The notes below the pieces were generated by a model. The model was not told the DNA's origin. It ran no database searches and was given only the letters and a program-made list of their open reading frames with translations. Positions 32,124 to 40,403 of a DNA stretch of 59,796 nt are shown in pieces. Source of the DNA: an uncultured Flavobacteriales bacterium (GTDB taxonomy: Bacteria > Bacteroidota > Bacteroidia > UBA10329). The stretch is from assembly GCA_937900875.1 (NCBI GenBank), contig CALCGD010000016.1, positions 1 to 59,796 of the forward strand, read 5' to 3'. The translations under genes were made by a program, and so were the position numbers. Within the stretch, counting starts at the first letter, position 1. Every line of letters begins with the position of its first letter.

Positions 32124-33400
32124 GCACCAACAGTATTGTTGGTTGCTTCATCAATTAACACCATTGAACCTGTATTTCGGTTTTTTCTGTAGCTATCTAA
32201 AAAGATTGGAACCGTAGTTCTAATGGTAATTCGAGCAATGTCGTTAAGGCCAATGTTATTATCGTCCTCAATCTTGGTCATGGTGTTGATGTTCATTTTG
32301 TACTTCACATCTTTGATAATGCATCTCGCATCCCTAGAAGTGTGCTTGAGCGCGTACTTCCCGCCAAGCTGCATTGACTTATCATCCAACCAACAGACCA
32401 TTACATCAAATTCTTGCTTGGCCTCTGGCTGATTATTGACTTTAACAATCATATCGCCACGACTAATATCAATATCGTCTTCGAGCGTAATTGTAACGCT
32501 CATTGGTGGAAACGCTTTCTCAATCGGTCCGTTCATCGTATCGATTGATTTGATTCTGGAAGTAAACCCCGATGGAAGCACAGAAACTTCTTCTCCTTTT
32601 CTAAAAATACCTCCGGCAACTCGACCAGCGTATCCGCGATAATCGTGGTACTCGGTAGTCATAGGACGGACAACATATTGAACTGGAAAACGAGAATCTA
32701 TATGATTCTGGTCGCTACCGATATGCACGGTTTCTAGGTTGTGCATTAAGGTTGGGCCTTGATACCAGTCCATGTTCTTTGAGCGATCTACAACATTATC
32801 GCCAAGTAGCGCGCTTATCGGCACAAACCGTACGTCCTTGATGGCAAGTTTTGCAGAAAAGTCCTCGAAATCGTGACGGACCTTTTCGTACTCTTTTTCG
32901 CTGAAATCCACCAAATCCATCTTATTCACACACACAACTACGTGAGGTATTTGAAGCAATGATGCGATGTAAGCATGGCGTTTAGTCTGCTCAATTACAC
33001 CGTTTCTGGCGTCCACTAAAATGATGGCAAGGTTGGCGGTAGACGCTCCTGTAACCATATTTCTGGTGTACTGAATATGACCTGGAGTATCTGCAATAAT
33101 GAACTTACGTTTTGGCGTAGCGAAATATCTGTAAGCTACATCAATGGTAATTCCTTGCTCCCTTTCAGCCCTCAATCCATCCGTAAGCAAAGCAAGGTTG
33201 ACGTGTTCGTCTCCCTTTCTATCGCTTACTGCCTGAATGGCCTCCATTTGATCTTCGAAAATGGATTTGCTATCGTAGAGCAAACGCCCAATTAAGGTGC
33301 TTTTTCCATCATCAACACTTCCTGCAGTAGTAAACCGCAAAAGCTCCATATCCAGGTAGCCTTTGCTGTCGTATTTTTCTATTGTTTGTTCGTTTGTCAT
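32108..33400 (-). CDS. cysN: Sulfate adenylyltransferase subunit 1
   Basis: GSVDDGKSTLIGRLL, EREQGITIDVAYRYF, DTPGH, NKMD. Confidence 0.96.
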   Translation of the reverse strand: MTNEQTIEKYDSKGYLDMELLRFTTAGSVDDGKSTLIGRLLYDSKSIFEDQMEAIQAVSDRKGDEHVNLALLTDGLRAEREQGITIDVAYRYFATPKRKFIIADTPGHIQYTRNMVTGASTANLAIILVDARNGVIEQTKRHAYIASLLQIPHVVVCVNKMDLVDFSEKEYEKVRHDFEDFSAKLAIKDVRFVPISALLGDNVVDRSKNMDWYQGPTLMHNLETVHIGSDQNHIDSRFPVQYVVRPMTTEYHDYRGYAGRVAGGIFRKGEEVSVLPSGFTSRIKSIDTMNGPIEKAFPPMSVTITLEDDIDISRGDMIVKVNNQPEAKQEFDVMVCWLDDKSMQLGGKYALKHTSRDARCIIKDVKYKMNINTMTKIEDDNNIGLNDIARITIRTTVPIFLDSYRKNRNTGSMVLIDEATNNTVGACMIV

Positions 33401-33411
33401 GGATGGTTAAA

Positions 33412-34317
33412 TCAAAAATATCCTTGCTTTTTACGGTCTTCCATAGCCGCTTCGGAGCGCTTATCGTCCGATCTTCCGCCTCTTTCGGTTACTCTAGTTG
33501 CGGCTACTTCATCTATAATATCTTCAAGAGTTGAAGCGGATGAGAGGGTTGCTCCAGTGCATGTTAAATCACCAATGGTTCTAAAACGAACCTGCATTTC
33601 CTTTACCTCTTCACTGTCTTTGAGTTGCATGAAATCTGCGTGTGCTAAAAGGGTACCGTCTCTTTCAAAACACTTACGCATGTGAGTGAAGTACAGGTTT
33701 GGAATATCAATGTCTTCGAGCAAAATGTATTGCCAAACGTCCATTTCAGTCCAGTTAGAAATTGGGAACACACGAAAATGCTCTCCCATTTTTTTCTTTC
33801 CGTTGAAAATATTCCATAGCTCAGGACGCTGATTTTTCGGGTCCCACTGGCCAAAATCATCTCGGTGAGAGAAGAATCTTTCTTTGGCGCGAGCCTTCTC
33901 TTCGTCTCTTCTTGCTCCTCCCATTGCGCAATCGAACTTGTGTTCTTCTATTGCGTCTAAAAGTGGCGTAATCTGCAGTGCGTTTCTACTTGCATTTACC
34001 CCTTTTTCTTCCACCACTCGGCCTTTGTCTATGCTTTCTTGAACGGATGCAACAATCAATCTGGCTCCTATCTTCTCAACTAGTTTGTCTCTAAACTCAA
34101 TCGTCTCATCAAAGTTGTGACCAGTATCAATGTGCATCAACGGAAAAGGGATTTTAGCAGGCCAAAACGCCTTCCTAGCCAAGTGGGTTACTAAAATAGA
34201 GTCTTTACCTCCCGAGAAAAGCAAAACCGGGTTTTCGAACTGCGCTGCAACTTCTCGCAAGACGTACATCGACTCGGCTTCCAATTCTCTTAAATGTGTC
34301 AGTTTGTATGATTCCAT
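33412..34317 (-). CDS. cysD: Sulfate adenylyltransferase subunit 2
   Basis: FSGGKDS, GGARRDEEKARAKER, WDPKNQRPELW, RFRTIG, terminal KKQGYF. Confidence 0.96.
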   Translation of the reverse strand: MESYKLTHLRELEAESMYVLREVAAQFENPVLLFSGGKDSILVTHLARKAFWPAKIPFPLMHIDTGHNFDETIEFRDKLVEKIGARLIVASVQESIDKGRVVEEKGVNASRNALQITPLLDAIEEHKFDCAMGGARRDEEKARAKERFFSHRDDFGQWDPKNQRPELWNIFNGKKKMGEHFRVFPISNWTEMDVWQYILLEDIDIPNLYFTHMRKCFERDGTLLAHADFMQLKDSEEVKEMQVRFRTIGDLTCTGATLSSASTLEDIIDEVAATRVTERGGRSDDKRSEAAMEDRKKQGYF

Positions 34318-34320
34318 AAA

Positions 34321-34923
34321 CTACTTTCTGATAAGCGGTAACACCGCATCGAATATTTGTTTGGCGCATTCTTCAACAGAACGACCAACTGTTTCTATGT
34401 TTAAAAACGGGTTTTCGGGTGCTTCAAAAGGCGCATCCAACCCCGTAAAATTCTTGATTTCTCCAGCTCTTGCTTTGGCATAAAGCCCTTTCACGTCTCG
34501 TTTCTCACACTCCTCAAACGATGTGTTAATGAAAACCTCAACCATGTCATCACCTAAAATGTTTTTGGCTTGCTGGCGAATTGCTTTTGTCGGACTCACA
34601 AAACAGTTCAAAGTGACGACTCCACAATTCACGAAAAGTTTAGAAACTTCTGCTATTCTGCGGATATTCTCGGTTCTATCCTCATCAGAAAACCCAAGAT
34701 TGCTGTTGATTCCAGAACGAATGTTGTCTCCATCCAGTACTTGAGTTAGCACGCCTTTGCGAGCCAATAACTTCTCTAATTCTACCGCGATGGTTGTTTT
34801 TCCTGATCCTGATAAACCCGTCATCCAAACCACCATTCCTTTCTGGTTTAGCATAGCCTCCTTATCCTCTCTTTGAAGGAGACGATTGAAAGTAGTATGA
34901 ATATTCTGCGGTTGCGGGCTCAT
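34321..34923 (-). CDS. cysC: Adenylyl-sulfate kinase
   Basis: WMTGLSGSGKTT, LDGDNIR, RDVKGLY, FTGLDAPFE. ATG at 34923 lies downstream of a -7-like box. Confidence 0.95.
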   Translation of the reverse strand: MSPQPQNIHTTFNRLLQREDKEAMLNQKGMVVWMTGLSGSGKTTIAVELEKLLARKGVLTQVLDGDNIRSGINSNLGFSDEDRTENIRRIAEVSKLFVNCGVVTLNCFVSPTKAIRQQAKNILGDDMVEVFINTSFEECEKRDVKGLYAKARAGEIKNFTGLDAPFEAPENPFLNIETVGRSVEECAKQIFDAVLPLIRK

Positions 34924-34933
34924 TTTGGGCGCG

Positions 34934-34941
34934 CGAAGGTA
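34934..34941 (-). promoter_or_regulatory. -7-like box (TACCTTCG) for cysC-cysD-cysN-hldE
   Basis: One mismatch to TAnnTTTG, 10 nt upstream of the cysC ATG. Confidence 0.45.
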
Positions 34942-34981
34942 CGGAATTGCTTGTTTTTGAACGAATTGGGTCTTGATGCAT

Positions 34982-35017
34982 AAAAAGAAAGGCCGCGACA
35001 AATTGCCGCGACCCTTC
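34982..35017 (-). terminator. Intrinsic terminator of the T9SS-protein gene
   Basis: Minus strand reads GAAGGGTCGCGGCA-ATT-TGTCGCGGCCTTTC followed by TTTTT. Confidence 0.8.
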
Positions 35018-35040
35018 CACACATGGAAACACTAAGTGAA

Positions 35041-36210
35041 TTATTTCATTATTTGAATTTTCTGGGTAACAAGTTCGCCTGCTTCCGTTCTCATCGAGAC
35101 GAAATAAAACCCGTTCTCAAACTTTGAAAGATCGACATGAATATGCTCCATTTCATCCATGAATAACTCCATGTTTGAAGCCAAATTCACTATCAATCGG
35201 CCATCAATTCCGTAAAGATCGATAGAAGCTACATCGTCCAAATCAACCATTACTTCTAACTCCAATTCTCCGTTTGTAGGATTTGGATAGGCAGTAATTC
35301 CGTACTCACCATCAACTTCTTGAAACGCTAAACGTGAATTACAACCACCTAGTTGATCGCCATGATCTAGGTGCTGTTGAACACGATTTGTTCGTACGCA
35401 TCGAGTTCTTCCACGATGACAGAGATAAACCTTGTCGTTTCCGCAAGTGATGTCGTTTACCTCAACCACTACATCGTCAGTGGCTGTATATCCGTTAAAA
35501 TCGGTAATCGTAACTGTGTAAGTTGTGGTCGATGTAGGACAAACAGAATTTGAAGCCGATGTTGAACCATTGTTCCACAAGTAAGTGTAAGGCGCAACCC
35601 CATCTGTAGCAGCTGCGCTTAAAGTGGTGCAATTTGAACCAAAACCGTAAATCACTTCTACATCTTCACCTGCATCCACGCTCGGAGAAACAAGGTCAAT
35701 GGTCAAATCGGGATCTCCATTACAACCGTAAGGAGCAACGCCAACACCTCCACCTTCAGCACCCATCAACTCAATCGAATTAGGCAATCCTGTGGTTGTA
35801 AAAGTGAAAGTGATGCAGTGCTGAGCTTGTGCCCCACACTCAAATTCAATGCAGGCCCAAGCATCTAACCAATCATACAAGTCATTATCATAAACCAAAA
35901 GACCAGGACCGTAAAGGTTATCATATCCCGTAAATACCGAGCCTGTTGCCGGGCTAGTTAACGTTGCTGGAAAACTGGAAAAACTTGAGCCATTATCCAA
36001 TAATACAGCCCAAGTTCCCGTATAACTGGCAGCACCATATCCAGCGGCATCACGACCGCTTCCAACGCAGAATTCTACTGTAAACTCATATTGGTTTCCT
36101 CCAAGGTCCACCATTGAAACAAGGTTGAAATTAGAGTAGTGACATGCCTGAGCATCGTTCCATCCGAAGGCTAAAAAAGCCAACATTACTAATGTGTAAA
36201 TCTTCTTCAT
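35041..36210 (-). CDS. Secreted protein with T9SS type A C-terminal sorting domain
   Basis: Signal peptide MKKIYTLVML...AQA. SprB/PKD-like segment (APYTYLWNNG...YTVTITD). C-terminal domain YPNPTNG...GFYFV...KIQIMK. Confidence 0.85.
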   Translation of the reverse strand: MKKIYTLVMLAFLAFGWNDAQACHYSNFNLVSMVDLGGNQYEFTVEFCVGSGRDAAGYGAASYTGTWAVLLDNGSSFSSFPATLTSPATGSVFTGYDNLYGPGLLVYDNDLYDWLDAWACIEFECGAQAQHCITFTFTTTGLPNSIELMGAEGGGVGVAPYGCNGDPDLTIDLVSPSVDAGEDVEVIYGFGSNCTTLSAAATDGVAPYTYLWNNGSTSASNSVCPTSTTTYTVTITDFNGYTATDDVVVEVNDITCGNDKVYLCHRGRTRCVRTNRVQQHLDHGDQLGGCNSRLAFQEVDGEYGITAYPNPTNGELELEVMVDLDDVASIDLYGIDGRLIVNLASNMELFMDEMEHIHVDLSKFENGFYFVSMRTEAGELVTQKIQIMK

Positions 36211-36398
36211 GATTTTTATTTTAAGGGGTTTCTGATTCAAATCTACCTGGGCTAACGCGGTTGTTCCAACACAATTGAACCCGCTAGATGTCTTGAGAAA
36301 CAACCGTAGACAATTGACGCATAACTGTCGTTTAAGTTGAGTACTGGCAGCCCCAAGCACAAATCCGATTACTTACTTTAGCATCTTCATTTTAGAGG

Positions 36399-37301
36399 AT
36401 GACAAATAATCAACTGAAAGCATTAAGGCGGCCCATCGACCAAGTTGGTGTGGAAGAACGCGTAGCGCGATTTCAAACACGTAGTATCAAGTCGGAGGCG
36501 AAAATTCAAGGCTTGAAAATGGTTTTGAATATGATTGACCTTACCACTTTGGAAGGGAAAGACACGGAAGGAAAGGTGCGACAAATGTGCTACAAGGCCA
36601 TGCATCCGCATGATGCGTTGCCCGATTTACCAAGTGTTGCTGCAGTTTGTGTTTACCCTACCTACGTTGCAATTGCGAAGGATGCGTTAAAAGGAAGCGA
36701 TGTGAAAGTTGCCTCAGTAGCAACTGCATTTCCTTCTGGAAATTCGTCTCGAAAAATCAAGTTGGCAGACACGAAAATTGCGGTTGATGCGGGTGCAGAT
36801 GAAGTAGATATGGTGATTTCAAGGGGAGAATACCTCTCGGGGAATTACAGTTTTGTGTTTGATGAAATAGCGGCTATCAAAGAAGCTTGCGGCAAAGCAC
36901 GATTGAAAGTAATTTTGGAAACAGGCGAACTTTCCACCTTAGACAATGTGAGACATGCAAGTGACATTGCCATGTTGGCCGGTGCCGATTTCATCAAGAC
37001 TTCTACGGGAAAAATCAGCCCAGCGGCAACAATGCCCGTAACCTTGGTTATGCTGGAAGCCATTCGCGATTTCTATTACGAAACAGGAAAAATGGTGGGC
37101 ATGAAACCCGCTGGCGGTATCAGCAAAAGCAAGTTGGCATTACACAATTTGGTGATGGTAAAAGAGACTTTAGGCGATGCTTGGTTGAGCAATGAATGGT
37201 TCCGATTTGGGGCCAGCAGCTTAGCGAATGACGTGTTGATGCAGTTGGCGAAACAAGCAGAAGGACGATATCAAGGATTAGATTATTTCAGTAAAGACTG
37301 A
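36399..37301 (+). CDS. deoC: Deoxyribose-phosphate aldolase (long type)
   Basis: IDLTTLEG, VASVATAFPSG, GADEVDMVI, LKVILETGEL, FIKTSTGK, KPAGGI, RFGASSL. Confidence 0.93.
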   Translation: MTNNQLKALRRPIDQVGVEERVARFQTRSIKSEAKIQGLKMVLNMIDLTTLEGKDTEGKVRQMCYKAMHPHDALPDLPSVAAVCVYPTYVAIAKDALKGSDVKVASVATAFPSGNSSRKIKLADTKIAVDAGADEVDMVISRGEYLSGNYSFVFDEIAAIKEACGKARLKVILETGELSTLDNVRHASDIAMLAGADFIKTSTGKISPAATMPVTLVMLEAIRDFYYETGKMVGMKPAGGISKSKLALHNLVMVKETLGDAWLSNEWFRFGASSLANDVLMQLAKQAEGRYQGLDYFSKD

Positions 37302-38773
37302 TGGCAAAAAAGACAGAAACTAAGCTCGATTTCGGTTCTAAATGGGACTATTCTTCGGCACCTGAAAGCGCAGGTCATGCCGAGATAAAGAAGGAATACG
37401 GGTTATACATTAATGGCAAATTCGTAAAGGCTGAAGACGGAAAGAAGTTCGCTTCTATCAGCCCAAGCACGGACGAACACATTGCTTATTTCGCGGAAGC
37501 ATCTGACAAGGATGTAGACAAAGCGGTAAAAGCTGCACGAAAAGCCTACAACGAAGTTTGGGGGCCCATGGCTCCAAAAGAACGGGCGAAGTACATTTTC
37601 AGAATTGCACGATTGATACAAGAACGAGCACGCGAATTTGCCGTGCTGGAAAGCATTGATGGCGGCAAACCAATCAGAGAAAGCCGCGATGTGGATGTTC
37701 CGATTGCGGCAAACCACTTCTTCTATTATGCTGGTTGGGCGGATAAATTAGAATATGCTTTTCCTGGAAAAACGGCTAAGCCAGTTGGTGTAGCGGGGCA
37801 GATTATTCCTTGGAATTTCCCATTGCTAATGGCCGCTTGGAAACTTGCACCAGCATTGGCTTGCGGCAATACGGTCGTACTAAAACCAGCCGAGACTACT
37901 CCACTGACGGCTATGAAATTAGCAGAACTCATTCACGATAGCGGATTGCCTGCTGGGGTTGTGAATATCGTGACTGGTGCGGGAGCAACAGGTGCGGCCA
38001 TTGTCAATCACCCGGACGTAGACAAAGTAGCATTCACAGGTTCGACTGGAGTTGGGAAAATCATTCAGAAAGCTATTGCTGGAACGAATAAAACGGCCAC
38101 TCTAGAACTTGGAGGAAAGGCCGCCAACATCATTTTCGATGATGCCCCAATTGATCAGGCGGTCGAAGGAATTATCAACGGTATATTCTTCAATCAAGGG
38201 CATGTTTGCTGTGCGGGCTCTCGGCTTTTTGTTCAGGAAAATGTGAAGGACATCGTCATCAAGAAATTGAAAGACCGATTGAGCACATTGATTGTTGGTG
38301 ACCCGATGGACAAGAACACGGATGTGGGAGCCATCAACTCAAAAGAGCAGCTTGACACCATCAATAAATACCTGAAAATTGGCGTGGAAGAAGGTGCTGA
38401 GATTTATCAGCCGAATTGCACACTTCCAAAAAAAGGAAATTGGTGCAAACCAACTTTGTTTTTAGAAGCTTCGCAAAGCCATCGAATTGTGCAGGAAGAG
38501 ATTTTCGGACCCGTACTTACGGTTCAGACTTTCAGAACTATTGATGAGGTAATAGACAAGGCGAACAACACTCCATTCGGTCTATCGGCAGGTGTTTGGA
38601 CTGATAAAGGATCGAAGATTTTTAACCTGACAACCAAGTTGAGGGCTGGGGTTATTTGGGCAAATACGTTTAACAAGTTTGACCCTACTTCACCATTCGG
38701 AGGATATAAGGAAAGCGGCTACGGTCGTGAAGGTGGATTGCAAGGATTATCACCCTACGTGAAATTGAGCTAA
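37301..38773 (+). CDS. Aldehyde dehydrogenase, catalytic subunit (ALDH16-like N-terminal part)
   Basis: IIPWNFP, LKPAE, FTGSTGVG, LELGGK, FNQGHVCCAGSR (catalytic Cys), EEIFGP, FGGYKESG. Confidence 0.93.
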   Translation: MAKKTETKLDFGSKWDYSSAPESAGHAEIKKEYGLYINGKFVKAEDGKKFASISPSTDEHIAYFAEASDKDVDKAVKAARKAYNEVWGPMAPKERAKYIFRIARLIQERAREFAVLESIDGGKPIRESRDVDVPIAANHFFYYAGWADKLEYAFPGKTAKPVGVAGQIIPWNFPLLMAAWKLAPALACGNTVVLKPAETTPLTAMKLAELIHDSGLPAGVVNIVTGAGATGAAIVNHPDVDKVAFTGSTGVGKIIQKAIAGTNKTATLELGGKAANIIFDDAPIDQAVEGIINGIFFNQGHVCCAGSRLFVQENVKDIVIKKLKDRLSTLIVGDPMDKNTDVGAINSKEQLDTINKYLKIGVEEGAEIYQPNCTLPKKGNWCKPTLFLEASQSHRIVQEEIFGPVLTVQTFRTIDEVIDKANNTPFGLSAGVWTDKGSKIFNLTTKLRAGVIWANTFNKFDPTSPFGGYKESGYGREGGLQGLSPYVKLS

Positions 38774-38805
38774 CCGCAAAGACGCAGAGATTTCGCAAAG
38801 GGCGC
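38771..38805 (+). repeat. Left imperfect inverted repeat of the GxxExxY cassette
   Basis: TAACCGCAAAGACGCAGAGATTTCGCAAAGGGCGC matches the reverse complement of 39217-39251 at 26/35 positions without gaps. Confidence 0.8.
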
Positions 38806-38813
38806 AAGAAATA

Positions 38814-39212
38814 ATGATTGAGAATCCGGCAATATTGACAGAAAATGAACTCTCAAAGGAGGTTATAGGCTGTGCTATAACGGTACATCGATCTTTAGGA
38901 CCCGGTCTTTTGGAAAATGCATATCAGCAATGTTTGGCATACGAACTGAGAAATCTGGGTTTAAAGGTTGAAGTGGAAAAATCGATGCCCTTGATTTATG
39001 ATGACGTAGAAATGGATTGCGGATATCGGATAGATATTTTGGTTGAAAACAAGCTGATTATAGAGTTAAAGGCGGTTGAAGAAATAAATGATGTTCATCT
39101 GGCGCAAACACTTACTTATTTGAAATTGAGTGGTTGTAAACTCGGCCTATTGATGAATTTCAATGTTGCTATTCTTAAGAATGGCATCAAACGAGTAGTA
39201 AATGGATTATAA
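38814..39212 (+). CDS. GxxExxY protein (PD-(D/E)XK nuclease superfamily)
   Basis: VHRSLGPGLLENAY (GxxExxY), RIDILVENKLIIELK (D...ExK), QTLTYLK, GLLMNF. Confidence 0.92.
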   Translation: MIENPAILTENELSKEVIGCAITVHRSLGPGLLENAYQQCLAYELRNLGLKVEVEKSMPLIYDDVEMDCGYRIDILVENKLIIELKAVEEINDVHLAQTLTYLKLSGCKLGLLMNFNVAILKNGIKRVVNGL

Positions 39213-39216
39213 CTCC

Positions 39217-39251
39217 GCGTTCTTTGTGCAAACTTTGCGACTCCGCGGTTA
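39217..39251 (-). repeat. Right imperfect inverted repeat of the GxxExxY cassette
   Basis: Reverse complement reads TAACCGCGGAGTCGCAAAGTTTGCACAAAGAACGC. Confidence 0.8.
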
Positions 39252-39261
39252 AACGATTAAG

Positions 39262-40134
39262 ATGAGCAGATTGGAAGTTCAAAAAACATACAAAATCTAC
39301 ATTGGAGGAGCATTTCCCCGAACAGAAAGTGGTAGATTTTATCCTGTAACGCTGAAAGACGGAACGGTAACTAACATCTGTTTAAGCAGCAGAAAAGATG
39401 CAAGAAATGCTGTGGTTGCAGCTCGAAATGCTTTTGAAGGTTGGAGCAGTCGGGCAGCGTTTAATCGTAGCCAAATTCTCTACCGAATTGCCGAAATGTT
39501 GGAAGGCAGAAAGGCACAATTCGTTGAGGAATTAATGGCGGTTGGCGCTTCAAAACCAAACGCGATTAAAGAAGTAGAAGCATCCATTGACCGTTGCGTT
39601 TATTTCGCTGGTTGGTGCGATAAGTACACGCAACTTTTCGGTTCGATAAACCCGGTTGCATCTTCACACTTCAATTTTAGTGTTCAAGAACCAACTGGTG
39701 TTGTTACGATAGTTGCTCCAGAAAGCCCATCACTTTTGGGCCTTGTAAGCGCCATCATGCCAGTAATTGCTGGAGGTAACACATGTGTTGTGTTGGCTTC
39801 TGAAAACTCTCCGCACGTAGCTGTAACGTTTGCAGAAGTGTTGAATTCGTCAGATGTTCCAGGAGGGGTTATCAATATCCTCACAGGAAAAGAAGATGAA
39901 TTGGTAGAGCATTTCAGCAGCCACATGGATGTAAACGCCACCATTTACTGCCGAGAAAAGCACCTCACAAAAATCAAAGAGAACGCATCTTTGAACGTGA
40001 AACGTGTTTCTGATTGGAGTAATAAAGACTGGTATACGGAAGGTGACGATCCGTATTTACTACTCGAAACCCAAGAGGTAAAAACCACTTGGCACCCTAT
40101 TGAAAATATTGCTGGAGCCAAATCTGGCTACTGA
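39262..40134 (+). CDS. Truncated aldehyde-dehydrogenase-family protein (NAD-binding-like domain only; ALDH16 C-terminal-like)
   Basis: KTYKIYIGGAFPRTESGR start, EPTGVV, GNTCVV, PGGVINILTG, KTTWHP. Lacks ELGGK and the catalytic Cys domain. Confidence 0.85.
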   Translation: MSRLEVQKTYKIYIGGAFPRTESGRFYPVTLKDGTVTNICLSSRKDARNAVVAARNAFEGWSSRAAFNRSQILYRIAEMLEGRKAQFVEELMAVGASKPNAIKEVEASIDRCVYFAGWCDKYTQLFGSINPVASSHFNFSVQEPTGVVTIVAPESPSLLGLVSAIMPVIAGGNTCVVLASENSPHVAVTFAEVLNSSDVPGGVINILTGKEDELVEHFSSHMDVNATIYCREKHLTKIKENASLNVKRVSDWSNKDWYTEGDDPYLLLETQEVKTTWHPIENIAGAKSGY

Positions 40135-40160
40135 TTCTACCATTCACATAAGAGAAAATC

Positions 40161-40403
40161 ATGAGCGCTGTAAGTCACAAAAGGCACGTAGCAAAAACGA
40201 TAACCTGGCGAATAATTGCCTCCATCACTACGTTCATTTTAGCTTGGTTCTTCTTTCGAGACGACCCATTGGTGGCAGAAAAAGCCACGGGCGTAGCCAT
40301 CGCAGAAACCTTCATAAAAATGGCTCTATATTACTTCCATGAACGGGCTTGGTATAGCTTTGATTTTGGCGTAACCCGAGATGATGATGACGATAAGAAA
40401 TAA
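40161..40403 (+). CDS. DUF2061 small membrane protein
   Basis: RHVAKTITWRI...KMALYYFHERAW signature and two TM helices. Confidence 0.85.
   Translation: MSAVSHKRHVAKTITWRIIASITTFILAWFFFRDDPLVAEKATGVAIAETFIKMALYYFHERAWYSFDFGVTRDDDDDKK

Larger units (their letters stand above)
38771..39252 (+). mobile_element. Putative IR-bounded GxxExxY nuclease cassette inserted in the ALDH operon
   Basis: Single nuclease-like ORF between inverted repeats, with TAA on both outer ends. Removing it leaves a 9-nt spacer between the two ALDH genes. Mobility is inferred, not shown. Confidence 0.55.

Noticed and set aside
34924-35022. N-terminal extension of cysC in the ORF track; similar extensions for aspS, iaaA, DUF1287 and the T9SS gene
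   Set aside because: The extensions run through terminators, promoter boxes or neighbouring genes. Downstream ATGs fit the family N-termini.
36211-36398. Possible riboswitch or ncRNA in the T9SS gene/deoC divergent gap
   Set aside because: I could not recognise a conserved aptamer or strong stem by eye. An Rfam scan would be needed.
38771-39252. Canonical IS element or CRISPR array
   Set aside because: There are no DDE, HUH or serine transposase motifs and no repeat-spacer periodicity. Retained only as a non-canonical cassette.
39262-40134. Pseudogene interpretation of the short ALDH
   Set aside because: The ORF is intact with a coherent start and C-terminal strand, matching a truncated partner-domain architecture.
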